A stretch of 64,000 bases of DNA, taken from NCBI GenBank assembly GCA_963702005.1, contig OY969696.1, positions 576,001-640,000 of the forward strand, written 5' to 3'. The position numbers and the translations under genes were made by a program. The notes beneath the pieces are model-generated. The model searched no databases. It worked only from the letters and a program-made list of their open reading frames with translations, and had not been told where the DNA came from. Numbering within the stretch: position 1 is the stretch's first letter; each line of letters starts with the position of its first letter. Shown one piece after another: positions 28,772 through 39,047 of the stretch. This DNA is from Candidatus Aminicenantes bacterium. GTDB taxonomy: Bacteria; Acidobacteriota; Aminicenantia; Aminicenantales; JAFGBC01.

Positions 28772-29236
28772 ATGCCCCAACCGAATCCGACCGCGATCTC
28801 CCAAAAAAAGAGGATCGCCCTCATCGCCCACGACAACAAGAAAAAAGACCTTCTCGAATGGGCTCGCTTCAACAAGGAGCTTCTGGCCGGCCGCGCGCTG
28901 ATCGCGACCGGGACCACCGGGACGCTCCTTCACAACGAGCTCGGTTTCGACGTCGAGAGGCTCCAGAGCGGCCCCCTGGGCGGCGATCAGCAGATCGGCG
29001 CCAAGATCGCCCAGGGAGAGATCGACCTGCTCATTTTTTTCTGGGATCCGCTCGAGCCGCAGCCCCACGACACGGACGTCAAGGCTCTGCTCCGGATCGC
29101 GGTCGTCTGGAATATTCCGGTCGCCTGCAACCGGGCCACCGCCGACTTCCTGATATCCTCGCCCCTGATGGACGAGCCGTACGAACGCCGGGTCCCCGAT
29201 TACGAGGCCTATAAAAAGCGGCTCGACGGCGACTGA
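28772..29236 (+). CDS. mgsA: Methylglyoxal synthase
   Basis: [39 protein letters not shown]. Confidence 0.97.
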   Translation: MPQPNPTAISQKKRIALIAHDNKKKDLLEWARFNKELLAGRALIATGTTGTLLHNELGFDVERLQSGPLGGDQQIGAKIAQGEIDLLIFFWDPLEPQPHDTDVKALLRIAVVWNIPVACNRATADFLISSPLMDEPYERRVPDYEAYKKRLDGD

Positions 29237-29248
29237 AGCCGCCGTCCT

Positions 29249-31984
29249 TCAGCTCGTCCCGAGCGCGGTCTTGAGATAGCGGCCGGTGATCGAACGGGCC
29301 GACCTGGCGACCTCCTCCGGCGTCCCCTCGGCGACGACGCGTCCTCCCTTCTCCCCGCCCTCCGGGCCGAGGTCGATGACGCGGTCGGCGCATTTAACGA
29401 CGTCCAGGTTGTGCTCGATGACGGCGACCGAGTGGCCTTGCTCGACGAGTCTGTCGAAACAGGCGACCAGGACCGAGATGTCGTCGAGATGGAGGCCGAT
29501 CGTCGGCTCGTCGAAAAGGTAGAGAATGCGCTTGTCGCGCTCGTGGACGAGATGATAGGCGAGCTTGATCCGCTGCAGCTCGCCCCCCGACAGGGTCGTC
29601 GTCGGCTGGCCGAGCTTGAGGTAGCCGAGGCCGACCTCGGCCAGAGGCCGGAGCCTCTTGGTCACATCGGGGGTTTCGCCGAAAAAGACGCAGGCGTCCT
29701 CGACGGTCATGGCGAGGACCTCGTCGATATTCTTTCCCTTGTAGCGGATATCCAGGATGTCGCTCTTGAAGCGCTTGCCTTTGCAAGCGTCGCAGGTCAG
29801 GGTGATGTCCGACAGGAACTGCATCTCGACGATTTGGGATCCGGCCCCCTTGCATTCCTCGCACCGTCCGCCGGCCGTGTTGAAGGAGAAGGCGCCCGGC
29901 TTATAGCCCAGGGCTCGGGCCTCCCGGGTTTCGCTGAAGAGGTCGCGGATTCCGTCCATGGCTTTTGTGTAGGTGGCGGGGATGGAGCGGGGCGAGGTGC
30001 TCAGGGGCGCCTGGTCGACCATGATGATTTTGTCGATCCGCTCGGCCCCGCGAATGGCCCCGAATCCCGCCGTCTCCTCGCCGCTCCAGCCGCGGTAGAG
30101 GACGTCGTGGACGAGCGTGCTCTTGCCCGATCCCGAGACGCCGGTGATCGCCGTTAAGACGCCGAGGGGAAGCTTGACGTTGATGTTCTTGAGGTTGTGG
30201 AGACGGGCGTCCCGGATTTCGAGGAATCCCCGAGGCGTTCGGCGCCGGGGCGGGATGGGAATGGATTTTTCTCCCCTCAAGTAGCGGGCCGTCAGGGACT
30301 TCTTTGATTTCAGGAAAGCGTCTTTGGACCCCGCGAACAGAATGCGGCCGCCCTGCTCGCCCGCCCGCGGGCCGAGGTCGATCATGAACTCGGCGGCCCG
30401 GATGATTTCGGGGTCGTGCTCGACGATCAGGACGGTGTTCCCGATCTCCTTGAGGGCGCGCAGGATCTCGACCAGGCGGCCGTTGTCGCGGGGATGGAGC
30501 CCGATCGAAGGCTCATCCAAGACGAAAAGGGTTCCGACCAGCGACGACCCGAGGGCCGCGGCCAGGTTGATCCGCTGGGCTTCCCCGCCGCTCAACGTGA
30601 AGGTCATCCGGTCGAGCGTGATGTAGTCGAGCCCGACCTCGAGCAGGTAGCGGAGCCGGCCTTCGATCTCGGCGACCAGCTTCTCGGCGACCTGCCGCTC
30701 GAATTCGGAGAGGGTCAGGCCCTTGATGAAAGCCTGGGCGTCGGTGACGGTCATCCGGGCGACGTCCCCGATCGTCCGTCCCGCCACCCGGACGTTCCGG
30801 GCCTGGGGGTTGAGCCGGGTTTGGCCGCAGGCCGGGCAGGGAACGAATTTCCGGTAGCGGCTGAGGAGGACTCGGACCTGGACCTTGTACTTTTTGGTCT
30901 GGAGCCAGTCGAAGAAGCCCTTGACGCCGTAGAAGCCGCTCCCGCCTTTGAGGACGAAATCCTTCCACTCGGGTTTGAGGTCCTTGAAGGGGACCGTGGT
31001 CGGGATCCCCTTGCGTTTTGCCTTGGCCAGCATCTCCCGCATCATGCCCCGGGCGAGCGGCGTCGTCCAGGGCGCGACGGCGCCCTCCTCCAGGGATTTC
31101 GCCGGATCGGGGACGACCTTGTCCTCATCCATGACCGCCAAATCGCCGAAGCCGTGGCACTCGGGGCAGGCTCCTTGCGGGCTGTTGAAAGAGAAGAGGT
31201 TGGGGAAGGGATCCTCGTAAACGATTCCGCAGGGCTTGCATTCGAGCCGCTCCGAGAACAGGAACTCCCGCCCGTCGCCGGTCAAGACCCGGGCCCGACC
31301 CTCGCCCTTCTTGAAGGCCATTTCGAGCGAATCGGCCAGCCGCTCCCGCTCGTCCTTGTCGAGGGCGAGCCGGTCGACCAGGACGTCGACCGCGCCGGAC
31401 TTGGCGTGCCGGCCTTCGTCGATAGGAACGACCTCGCCGTCCCGCAGGATACGGGTGAAGCCGTCCTTCTTGAGGACGGCCAGGCCGCGGGCCATCGGCC
31501 AGGCAAAGCTGATGGAAAGCCGAGTCCCGGTCGGGAGAGCGAGGAGGGCATCGACGGCGCCGTCGATCGTGTCCCGCCGGACCGGCCGGCCGCACTTGAG
31601 GCAGTGGACGATCCCGATCCGGGCGAACAGGACTCTCAGGAAGTCGTAGATCTCGGTGACGGTGGCCACGGTCGAGCGCGGATTTTTGGTGGCCGCCTTC
31701 TGCTGGATGGCGATCGCGGGAGGGATCCCCTCGATGAGGTCCGCCTCGGGCTTGTCCATCCGCTCCAGGAACTGGCGGGCGTAGGACGACAGGGACTCGA
31801 TGTAGCGGCGCTGGCCCTCGGCATAGAGCGTGTCGAAAGCCAATGAGGATTTTCCCGAGCCGCTGACCCCGCTGACGACGATGAGCTTGTGGACGGGGAC
31901 GTCGAGGTCGATCGCCTTGAGGTTGTGGACGCGGACGCCGCGGAGCTTGATGACGTCCTGGGCGGCGCGGGCGTTGGGTTTCAT
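29249..31984 (-). CDS. uvrA: Excinuclease ABC subunit A
   Basis: VHNLK, GVSGSGKSSLAFDT..AEGQRRY, two LSGGE signatures, zinc fingers; start taken at ATG 31984. Confidence 0.95.
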   Translation of the reverse strand: MKPNARAAQDVIKLRGVRVHNLKAIDLDVPVHKLIVVSGVSGSGKSSLAFDTLYAEGQRRYIESLSSYARQFLERMDKPEADLIEGIPPAIAIQQKAATKNPRSTVATVTEIYDFLRVLFARIGIVHCLKCGRPVRRDTIDGAVDALLALPTGTRLSISFAWPMARGLAVLKKDGFTRILRDGEVVPIDEGRHAKSGAVDVLVDRLALDKDERERLADSLEMAFKKGEGRARVLTGDGREFLFSERLECKPCGIVYEDPFPNLFSFNSPQGACPECHGFGDLAVMDEDKVVPDPAKSLEEGAVAPWTTPLARGMMREMLAKAKRKGIPTTVPFKDLKPEWKDFVLKGGSGFYGVKGFFDWLQTKKYKVQVRVLLSRYRKFVPCPACGQTRLNPQARNVRVAGRTIGDVARMTVTDAQAFIKGLTLSEFERQVAEKLVAEIEGRLRYLLEVGLDYITLDRMTFTLSGGEAQRINLAAALGSSLVGTLFVLDEPSIGLHPRDNGRLVEILRALKEIGNTVLIVEHDPEIIRAAEFMIDLGPRAGEQGGRILFAGSKDAFLKSKKSLTARYLRGEKSIPIPPRRRTPRGFLEIRDARLHNLKNINVKLPLGVLTAITGVSGSGKSTLVHDVLYRGWSGEETAGFGAIRGAERIDKIIMVDQAPLSTSPRSIPATYTKAMDGIRDLFSETREARALGYKPGAFSFNTAGGRCEECKGAGSQIVEMQFLSDITLTCDACKGKRFKSDILDIRYKGKNIDEVLAMTVEDACVFFGETPDVTKRLRPLAEVGLGYLKLGQPTTTLSGGELQRIKLAYHLVHERDKRILYLFDEPTIGLHLDDISVLVACFDRLVEQGHSVAVIEHNLDVVKCADRVIDLGPEGGEKGGRVVAEGTPEEVARSARSITGRYLKTALGTS

Positions 31985-32027
31985 GTCCTTTACTTCGAGA
32001 CGGAGTTCATTATTATATAGGATAACT

Positions 32028-32249
32028 ATGAAAAAAGGCACGAAATACGCCCTGATTCTCGGCGCCATCCCCTTCCTGACGCTCGTCCTGGCCCTCCCGT
32101 TCGTGAACCGGGAACGGCCGGTCATCCTGGGCTTGCCATTCCTCTTATTCTGGATCCTGGCCTGGGTCGTTCTGACGCCCGTTTTTCTCTACGCAGCCTA
32201 CCGACTGGAAAAGAAGCATAACCCGCCAGACGAAGGGGGCGAGCCGTGA
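32028..32249 (+). CDS. DUF3311-like small membrane partner of the symporter
   Basis: LPFVNRERPVILGLPFLLFW; overlaps the symporter start. Confidence 0.8.
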   Translation: MKKGTKYALILGAIPFLTLVLALPFVNRERPVILGLPFLLFWILAWVVLTPVFLYAAYRLEKKHNPPDEGGEP

Positions 32250-33673
32250 ACGCGGCGCTGGCCATCATCGCCGCCGTAGTCCTCGGCTCTGCCGCGCTCG
32301 GGATCATGGCCGGCCGCCGCGTCCGGATGAACCTCGAGAACTGGACCGTGGGCGGCCGCCGCTTCGGCGTCGTCATCATGTGGCTCCTGATGGCCGGCGA
32401 GATCTATACGACCTTCACCTTTCTGGGCGCGAGCGGCTGGGCCTACTCGAAGGGCGCTCCGGCCTTCTATGTCATAATCTACGGGACGCTCGCCTATACG
32501 CTGTCCTTCTTCATCCTGCCCGCCGTTTGGAAAGTCGGCAAGCGCTACGGCCTCCACACCCAGCCCGATTTCTTCATCAAGCGCTACGGAAGCCGGGCCC
32601 TTGGCGTCCTCGTCGCCTTGATCGGGGTGGTGTCGATCGTGCCCTACCTCCAGCTCCAGCTGACCGGGCTCGGCTTCATCGTCGAGATCGCCAGCGGCCG
32701 GGCCGTAAGTTCCGCCGCGGCCATGGTCATCGCCTTCGTTCTGACCTGCCTGTTTGTGTTCACCAGCGGCATCCGCGGCGCGGCCTGGGTCTCGATCGTC
32801 AAGGACGTCTTGATGATCGCGGCCGTCGCCGTGGTCGGGATCGGCCTCCCCGTCGTCTACTTCGGGAGCATCGGGAACATGTTCAAGGCGCTCATGGAAA
32901 GGATGCCCGGATTCCTGGCCTTCCCGGGCGGAACCGCGACTTTGGACGTTCCCTGGGTCATGTCGACCTGCCTCCTGACCGGGCTCGGCTTTTACATGTG
33001 GCCCCACGTCTTCGGCTCGGCCTTTTCGGCCCGCAGCGCGGAGACGATCAAGCGGAACGCCGTCATCATGCCCTTCTACCAAATTCCGATTCTCCTCGTC
33101 TTTTTTGTCGGGTTCACGGCCCTCCTCGTCCTCCCCGGGCTCAAGAACGGCGACACGGCCTTCCTGTCCCTCGTCCAGAAAGCCTACCCGCCCTGGTTCA
33201 TGGGGTTCGTGGGCGCGGCCGGCGCCTTGACGGCCATGGTCCCGGCCTCGGTCCTGGTGCTATTCGCCTCGACCCTGATCTCGAAGAACATCTATCAGGC
33301 CGCGTTCGCGCCCGGCGCGGGAGAGGCGAGGGTTATCCGCTTGTCCCGGATCATGGTCTTCGTCATCATGATTTTCGCCCTGGCCTCGACCTTCCTCTTC
33401 CGCAAGGAACTCGTCTACCTCCTGATCTTCGGCTATGACGGAGTCAGCCAATTCTTCCCCGGCGTCGTCCTGGGACTGTTCTGGCCGCGGGCGACCAAGC
33501 AGGGCGTCGCGGCCGGGCTCCTGACCGGGGTCGGGATCGTCGTCGGCCTGATCGTGGCCGGCCGGGATCCGTTCCTGGGCGTCAACGCCGGGTTCGTCGG
33601 ACTCTTAGCCAATGCCGTCGTGACCGTGCTCGTCAGCCTGTCGGCCAAATCCGCATCCGGAGGATGGAAATGA
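32246..33673 (+). CDS. Sodium:solute symporter family protein
   Basis: WTVGGR, GEIYTTFTFLGASG, PYLQLQ, many hydrophobic segments. Confidence 0.9.
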   Translation: MNAALAIIAAVVLGSAALGIMAGRRVRMNLENWTVGGRRFGVVIMWLLMAGEIYTTFTFLGASGWAYSKGAPAFYVIIYGTLAYTLSFFILPAVWKVGKRYGLHTQPDFFIKRYGSRALGVLVALIGVVSIVPYLQLQLTGLGFIVEIASGRAVSSAAAMVIAFVLTCLFVFTSGIRGAAWVSIVKDVLMIAAVAVVGIGLPVVYFGSIGNMFKALMERMPGFLAFPGGTATLDVPWVMSTCLLTGLGFYMWPHVFGSAFSARSAETIKRNAVIMPFYQIPILLVFFVGFTALLVLPGLKNGDTAFLSLVQKAYPPWFMGFVGAAGALTAMVPASVLVLFASTLISKNIYQAAFAPGAGEARVIRLSRIMVFVIMIFALASTFLFRKELVYLLIFGYDGVSQFFPGVVLGLFWPRATKQGVAAGLLTGVGIVVGLIVAGRDPFLGVNAGFVGLLANAVVTVLVSLSAKSASGGWK

Positions 33674-34845
33674 GAGACGACCTGAAAATGGAAATCGAAG
33701 CCCTGACCGGCGAGATCGTCGGCTGGAGGCGCGAGTTCCACCGCCATCCCGAAATCGCCTTTAAGGAAGAATGGACGTCAGCCGCCGTCCGGGGCATCCT
33801 CGAAAGCTTGAAATTGCCGGTGGCCGCCTGCGCCAAGACCGGCTTGCGGGCGGTTCTCGATGGAGCGCCGGGCGGGCCGACCGTCGCGCTCCGAGCCGAC
33901 ATGGACGCGCTTCCGATCCTGGAGGAAGGAGACAAGCCGTATATCTCGCTGAACCCGGGAGCCGCCCACGCCTGCGCCCATGACGGCCACATGGCCATCC
34001 TGCTCGCGGTCGCCAAGGTCCTGTCGGCGCGCAAAGACCGGATCAAGGGCAGGGTCGTCTTTCTCTTTCAGCCTTCCGAGGAGAGGAACCCGGGCGGCGC
34101 CAAGCCCATGATCGAGGAGGGCGCGCTCGAAGGCGTCGACGCCGTTTTCGGCCTTCACCTCTGGCAGCAGCTCCCGACCGGGACGCTGGGTATCGTCAAG
34201 GGGCCGATGATGGCCCAGCCCGACGACTTCACCATCATCGTCAAAGGCAAGGGCGGCCACGGGTCCATGCCCCAGCTGACGGTGGACCCCATTCTGGTCG
34301 CGGCCCAGGTCGTCGTCGGCCTCCAGAGCGTCGTGAGCCGGAACGTGGACCCCTTGAAGCCGGCCGTCCTTTCGTTCGGATCCGTGAGCGGGGGCACCAT
34401 CTACAACGTCATCCCGGGCGAAGTGACAATGACGGGGACGGTCCGCACCTTCGACCCCTCGCTCCAGCGGATGATCGAAGGCCGGATGAGGACGTTCATC
34501 GAAGAGACCTGCCGGGCGTTCGGCGCTTCGGCCGAGTTCCGCTACCAGCAGGGCTATCCGGCCCTCGTCAACGATGAGCGGATGGCGGAGTTCGTCCTGG
34601 AGACGGCCCGCAAGACTCTGGGGGAGGAGCGGATCAAGGCCATCGATCCGGTCATGGGCGGGGAAGATTTCGCTTATTTTCTACAAAAGGTCCCCGGGGC
34701 GTTTTGGTTCTTCGGCATGGGCGATGGCCGTCCCCACCCGCACCACCATCCGGGCTTCGATATCGACGAGAAGGCGCTGCCCTTGGCGGTCTTCCACATG
34801 GCTTCCCTCGTCCTCGACTATTTCGAGCGCGGCGGAAAGGTCTGA
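33664..34845 (+). CDS. M20D amidohydrolase
   Basis: HRHPE, LRADMDALP, HACAHDGH, FQPSEE, GEDF, HHP.FD.DE. Confidence 0.92.
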   Translation: MEMRDDLKMEIEALTGEIVGWRREFHRHPEIAFKEEWTSAAVRGILESLKLPVAACAKTGLRAVLDGAPGGPTVALRADMDALPILEEGDKPYISLNPGAAHACAHDGHMAILLAVAKVLSARKDRIKGRVVFLFQPSEERNPGGAKPMIEEGALEGVDAVFGLHLWQQLPTGTLGIVKGPMMAQPDDFTIIVKGKGGHGSMPQLTVDPILVAAQVVVGLQSVVSRNVDPLKPAVLSFGSVSGGTIYNVIPGEVTMTGTVRTFDPSLQRMIEGRMRTFIEETCRAFGASAEFRYQQGYPALVNDERMAEFVLETARKTLGEERIKAIDPVMGGEDFAYFLQKVPGAFWFFGMGDGRPHPHHHPGFDIDEKALPLAVFHMASLVLDYFERGGKV

Positions 34846-34849
34846 GGGA

Positions 34850-35413
34850 GTGAGCTTCCCGGTCGTCCTGGGCGTTGCCCTCGGCCTGGCCATGGACGCT
34901 TTCGCCGTGACGCTCGGCCTGGGCTGTTCGCTGCGCGGATTGACCCGGGGGCAATCGTTCCGGCTGGCCTTCCATTTCGGCCTGTTCCAGTTTTTCATGC
35001 CCATCCTCGGCTGGGCGGCCGGGACGAGAATCGAAGCCCACATCCGGGCCTTCGATCATTGGATCGCCTTCGGCCTCCTCGCCTTTGTCGGGGGAAAGAT
35101 GATCGTGGAATCGTTCCGGTCCGCGTCCGAGGACGGCCGCCGGGGCGGCGATCCCACCCGGGGCCACCGGCTTTTCCTCCTGTCGGTGGCGACGAGCATC
35201 GACGCCCTGGCCGTGGGGCTGAGCTTGGCCGTCCTCGAAGTCAAAATCCTCTATCCGGCGGCCGTCATCGGGGCCGTCGCCTTCGGCATGACCATCCTGG
35301 GCTCCAGGCTCGGGCCGGTCCTGGGCAAGGTCGTGGGACGGCGCGCCGAGCTCCTTGGCGGAATCGTCCTGATCCTAATCGGGATCAAGATCCTCGCCGA
35401 CCACCTAGCATAA
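34850..35413 (+). CDS. mntP: Manganese efflux pump
   Basis: ALGLAMDAFAV, FGLFQ..MP..GW, ATSIDALAVG; GTG start at 34850. Confidence 0.9.
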   Translation: MSFPVVLGVALGLAMDAFAVTLGLGCSLRGLTRGQSFRLAFHFGLFQFFMPILGWAAGTRIEAHIRAFDHWIAFGLLAFVGGKMIVESFRSASEDGRRGGDPTRGHRLFLLSVATSIDALAVGLSLAVLEVKILYPAAVIGAVAFGMTILGSRLGPVLGKVVGRRAELLGGIVLILIGIKILADHLA

Positions 35414-35468
35414 TTCTGGGGACACACGACTTAATTCTACGGAATTAAGTCGTGTGTCCCCAGAATTA
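35411..35468. repeat. Family-A perfect 27-bp inverted repeat with TACG loop
   Basis: TAATTCTGGGGACACACGACTTAATTC-TACG-GAATTAAGTCGTGTGTCCCCAGAATTA, beginning at the mntP stop codon. Confidence 0.92.
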
Positions 35469-35510
35469 TTATGGTAAAATAAGTAACCTTTGGAGGACGG
35501 CGGGCGACTC

Positions 35511-37289
35511 ATGAAGATCAAGTATCTCAGCGGCAACCGGCTCTACTACGCCTTCCTGGCCGGCGGCCACGCCGTCATCCGCGACCAGGCCTATCTGAAC
35601 AAGATCAACGTCTTCCCCGTCCCGGACGCCGACACGGGCACCAACCTGGCTTCGACGATGCGTTTCATCGCCGCCCGGGCTAAGGCGTTCCATTCCCCCA
35701 AATCGACCCTGGACTCGATCGCCGACGCGGCCATTTCCGGCGCTCGGGGCAACTCGGGGCTCATCTTTGCCCAGTTCCTGTACGGGCTCGCCCAGGAGAT
35801 CAGGAACGACCTCCGCATCTCGACCAAGGCCTTCGGCGAATCCGTCCGGCGCTCCGTCACGTACGCCCGGACGGCCGTCGTCCACCCGGTTGAAGGGACC
35901 ATGATCACCCTCATCCACGACTGGGCCGAAGCCGTCTACCGCGAACGGCAGAAGATGAGCGACTTCTCCGAGCTCCTCTCCCATTCCCTCCATATCGCCC
36001 AGGCGTCCTTGAAGGAGACGCCCAAGAAGCTGGCCGTGCTCCGCAGGGCCGGAGTCGTGGACGCCGGGGCCAAGGGATTCGTCGATTTTCTGGAGGGGGT
36101 CGTCCATTTCATCAAGCGCGGGAACATCAAGCGCCTTCTGACGGAACGCGCCGCGACGGCCGAGACGCCGCCCGTCGTCCACGCCCACAGGAGCGACATC
36201 CGCCGACGCTACTGCTCCGAGGCCTTGATGACTGGGACACATCTTGACGTCGAAGGGATCCGGAAGGTCGTAGCCTCCTTCGGCGAATCCGCGATCGTGG
36301 CCGGCTCGGAGGAGAAGGCCCGGATCCATGTCCACACCGACGCTCCGGCCGACCTTTTCTACCGGCTCAAGGACTTCGGCGCGATCGCCGAGATCAAGGC
36401 CGACGACATGATCCGCCAGTACGAGGCCAGCCACCGTCCCAAGTCGAAAATCGCCCTCGTCGTCGACTCCGCCTGCGACCTGCCCCCGGCTTTCTTCGAC
36501 GAGCACCAGATCCACATCATCCCCTTCCAGCTGACCTTCGGCGACAGCCTTTTCCTCGACAAGGTCACCATCACGCCCGATCAATTCTACACGCTCCTCC
36601 AGACGTCGCCCCACCATCCCCAAAGCTCCCAGCCGTCCCCGGCCAGCGTCCAGAGCCTGTTCGCCTTTCTGGCCAGCCACTATGAGTCCGTCATCGCCGT
36701 GACGATTTCGAGCGGCCTCACCGGCATGTACGGCCTCTGCCTCAAGGCGGCCGAATCCCTGCCCGGTACCAAGATCAGCGTCATCGACTCCAAGCACCTG
36801 TCCGTCACCCATGGGCTCATCATGGAGCGTGTCGTCGAATCGCTCCGCAAGGGGATGAGCCACGACGAGATCGAGCGCTCCGCTCAGGGCTGGATCGCCA
36901 AGACGAAGCTCCTCGTCGACATCGCGACCCTCAAGTACCTGGTCCGGGGCGGCCGGGTTAGCCCTCTCAAAGGCCTGGTCGCCGGGCTCCTTAACCTGAA
37001 GCCCATCATCTCCCTGGATGCGGAAGGGAAGGCCGTGGCCGAGGGGAAGTCCTTCAGCCGCCGAAACAATATGAAGAAGATTCTGGGCATGGTCAGGGAA
37101 TTCGTGGCCGCGGGCAAGGTCCACAGCTTTGCGATCGTCCACGCCCTGAACCCGGAGCGGGCGGCCCGCTACGCCGAGGCGATGGCCGGAATCATCGGCA
37201 AGGGGCCCGATTTCGTCATGGACGTTTCTCCCGCCATCGGCGTCCATAACGGGATCGGGGTCGTCGGCATCGCCCTTATGCACGAATAA
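35511..37289 (+). CDS. DAK2-DegV fusion (fatty acid kinase FakA-FakB-like)
   Basis: INVFPVPDADTGTN, GARGNSG, VEGTM, VVDAG, IHVH; then DSACD, SSQPS, ISSGLTG, GGRV, IGVH.G. Confidence 0.9.
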   Translation: MKIKYLSGNRLYYAFLAGGHAVIRDQAYLNKINVFPVPDADTGTNLASTMRFIAARAKAFHSPKSTLDSIADAAISGARGNSGLIFAQFLYGLAQEIRNDLRISTKAFGESVRRSVTYARTAVVHPVEGTMITLIHDWAEAVYRERQKMSDFSELLSHSLHIAQASLKETPKKLAVLRRAGVVDAGAKGFVDFLEGVVHFIKRGNIKRLLTERAATAETPPVVHAHRSDIRRRYCSEALMTGTHLDVEGIRKVVASFGESAIVAGSEEKARIHVHTDAPADLFYRLKDFGAIAEIKADDMIRQYEASHRPKSKIALVVDSACDLPPAFFDEHQIHIIPFQLTFGDSLFLDKVTITPDQFYTLLQTSPHHPQSSQPSPASVQSLFAFLASHYESVIAVTISSGLTGMYGLCLKAAESLPGTKISVIDSKHLSVTHGLIMERVVESLRKGMSHDEIERSAQGWIAKTKLLVDIATLKYLVRGGRVSPLKGLVAGLLNLKPIISLDAEGKAVAEGKSFSRRNNMKKILGMVREFVAAGKVHSFAIVHALNPERAARYAEAMAGIIGKGPDFVMDVSPAIGVHNGIGVVGIALMHE

Positions 37290-37304
37290 TTTTTAGGGGA
37301 GCCC

Positions 37305-38075
37305 ATGGGAGCGGACCTGACCGTCGCCGCGTCGGCCGTTCTAGCCTATATGGCGGTCCTCTTCGTCGTCGCTCTGTTCAAGAAGGACAACTCCATCGTC
37401 GACATCGGATGGGGACCCGGCTTCATCCTGGTCGCCGCCCTGACGTTTTTCTTCTGGCCGGGGATGACGGCCCGCCAGCTCCTGGCCGACGGCCTCGTTT
37501 GCGCCTGGGGGCTCCGGCTGGCCTTCTACGTCGCCGCTCGGAACCGGGGACGCGGCGAGGATTTCCGATACGCTCAGTGGCGGCGGAGCTGGGGGCGCTG
37601 GTTCGTCCTCAGGAGTTTCCTGCAGATTTTCATGCTCCAGGGGGTTCTCCTTCTCATTATCGCCATCCCTATCATCCTTATCAATCGTCCCGGGGAGGGG
37701 CATTTGCGGGCGCTCGATTTCGTCGGGGCGGCCGTCTGGGCGGTCGGATTCCTATTCGAGACGGCGGGCGATTTCCAGATGAGGAAATTCAAGGCCGACC
37801 CGGCCGCTAAGGGCCGGATCATGGACCGCGGGCTGTGGCGCTACAGCCGCCACCCCAACTACTTCGGCGAGGCCGTCATGTGGTGGGGGATATTTCTCAT
37901 CGCCCTGTCCGCGCCCGGGGGATGGGCGGCGATCGTGAGCCCGCTCGTCATCACGGGACTTCTCTTGCGCGTCTCGGGCGTCACCCTGCTCGAGAAGAAG
38001 TACGCGGGGAATCCGGCCTATGCCGATTATATCCGGCGGACGAGCGCTTTCGTTCCCTGGTTTCCAAAAAAGTAG
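37305..38075 (+). CDS. DUF1295 / steroid 5-alpha-reductase-like membrane protein
   Basis: DNSIVDIGWG, GEDFRY, GLWRYSRHPNYFGE, RTSAFVPW. Confidence 0.9.
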   Translation: MGADLTVAASAVLAYMAVLFVVALFKKDNSIVDIGWGPGFILVAALTFFFWPGMTARQLLADGLVCAWGLRLAFYVAARNRGRGEDFRYAQWRRSWGRWFVLRSFLQIFMLQGVLLLIIAIPIILINRPGEGHLRALDFVGAAVWAVGFLFETAGDFQMRKFKADPAAKGRIMDRGLWRYSRHPNYFGEAVMWWGIFLIALSAPGGWAAIVSPLVITGLLLRVSGVTLLEKKYAGNPAYADYIRRTSAFVPWFPKK

Positions 38076-38139
38076 CCGACCGGGAGCGCGCTTACGTCCG
38101 GGGAAGGGATCGATCTTCACCCGCTCCTCCCGCGTCCCC

Positions 38140-38847
38140 TCACTTGCCGAACGCGTAAGTAAAGCCGAGGCTGATGTGGAAGTAGCATCCCTCTTCTTCG
38201 GGGTCAAAAAGAATCCCGACCTCGGGCCGAACGGCCCAGCGGCGGAGATCTTGACCAATGCCTAATCCAATATTAATGGCGTAAAGCGTATTTTGTTCCT
38301 TGCGGAACGGGATAAGAACCTTGGCGGAGCCGTTGATTTCAAAGGCGTTGCTGACGGGAAAGGTGACCAGCGCGGTCGGATGAAACTCCCAGGTCTCCGC
38401 GACCTCAATGTCTTCTCCGAACGCGAATCCGACGGGAAGGAACAAGGCCAAACGGTTTTTAACCAAGCTGAACTTAGGGCCAAAACCGAGAACGTGGCCG
38501 GAAAAACTGCTGTCATACCTGCCTCCCGAATCCGGATGATAGAGGTATTCATACCGCAATCGGAGATCCATGAAGTTCGTTATCCCGAGCGCCGCCTGAA
38601 CGCCGAGATTGTCCTGGACATGATTGGTTTCCCCTTCTTGCGAGGACAGGATCAAAGAGCCGTGGGGCGTCAGTTCAACCCGCCCTTGGCCCGCCATCTT
38701 CGCGCTCTGCAGTTCAGAGAAGGGGGGAACCAGGCAGGCTGCGGCAGCGAAGGTGATCCCCAGAATCAGGATCGCCAGCCTCGTTTCGTGCCGTTTTCCC
38801 ATTTTCTTCATTTTCGCCTCCTTGCCGGATGGTTCTTGGGCGTCCAT
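38140..38847 (-). CDS. Outer-membrane beta-barrel-like hypothetical (lipo)protein
   Basis: Signal ending AAAC, alternating strand pattern, C-terminal SLGFTYAF. Confidence 0.65.
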   Translation of the reverse strand: MDAQEPSGKEAKMKKMGKRHETRLAILILGITFAAAACLVPPFSELQSAKMAGQGRVELTPHGSLILSSQEGETNHVQDNLGVQAALGITNFMDLRLRYEYLYHPDSGGRYDSSFSGHVLGFGPKFSLVKNRLALFLPVGFAFGEDIEVAETWEFHPTALVTFPVSNAFEINGSAKVLIPFRKEQNTLYAINIGLGIGQDLRRWAVRPEVGILFDPEEEGCYFHISLGFTYAFGK

Positions 38848-39047
38848 CCGGATTCAATATATGTTGGGGAGGTCGGGGAGTTGTCAGAGGATTGTCAAGA
38901 GGATGCCAAGAATTCGTTAAATATGGATGACCCAAGCCGCGCGGGGGAGTCCGAAATTCGAACTTCACCCGCACCTCCGTTTTCTAGTGACCAAGGGCGG
39001 AGCGTCTATCCTTCTAAGAGCCTGATTTCCGCTCTCTCCGGCCGGCC

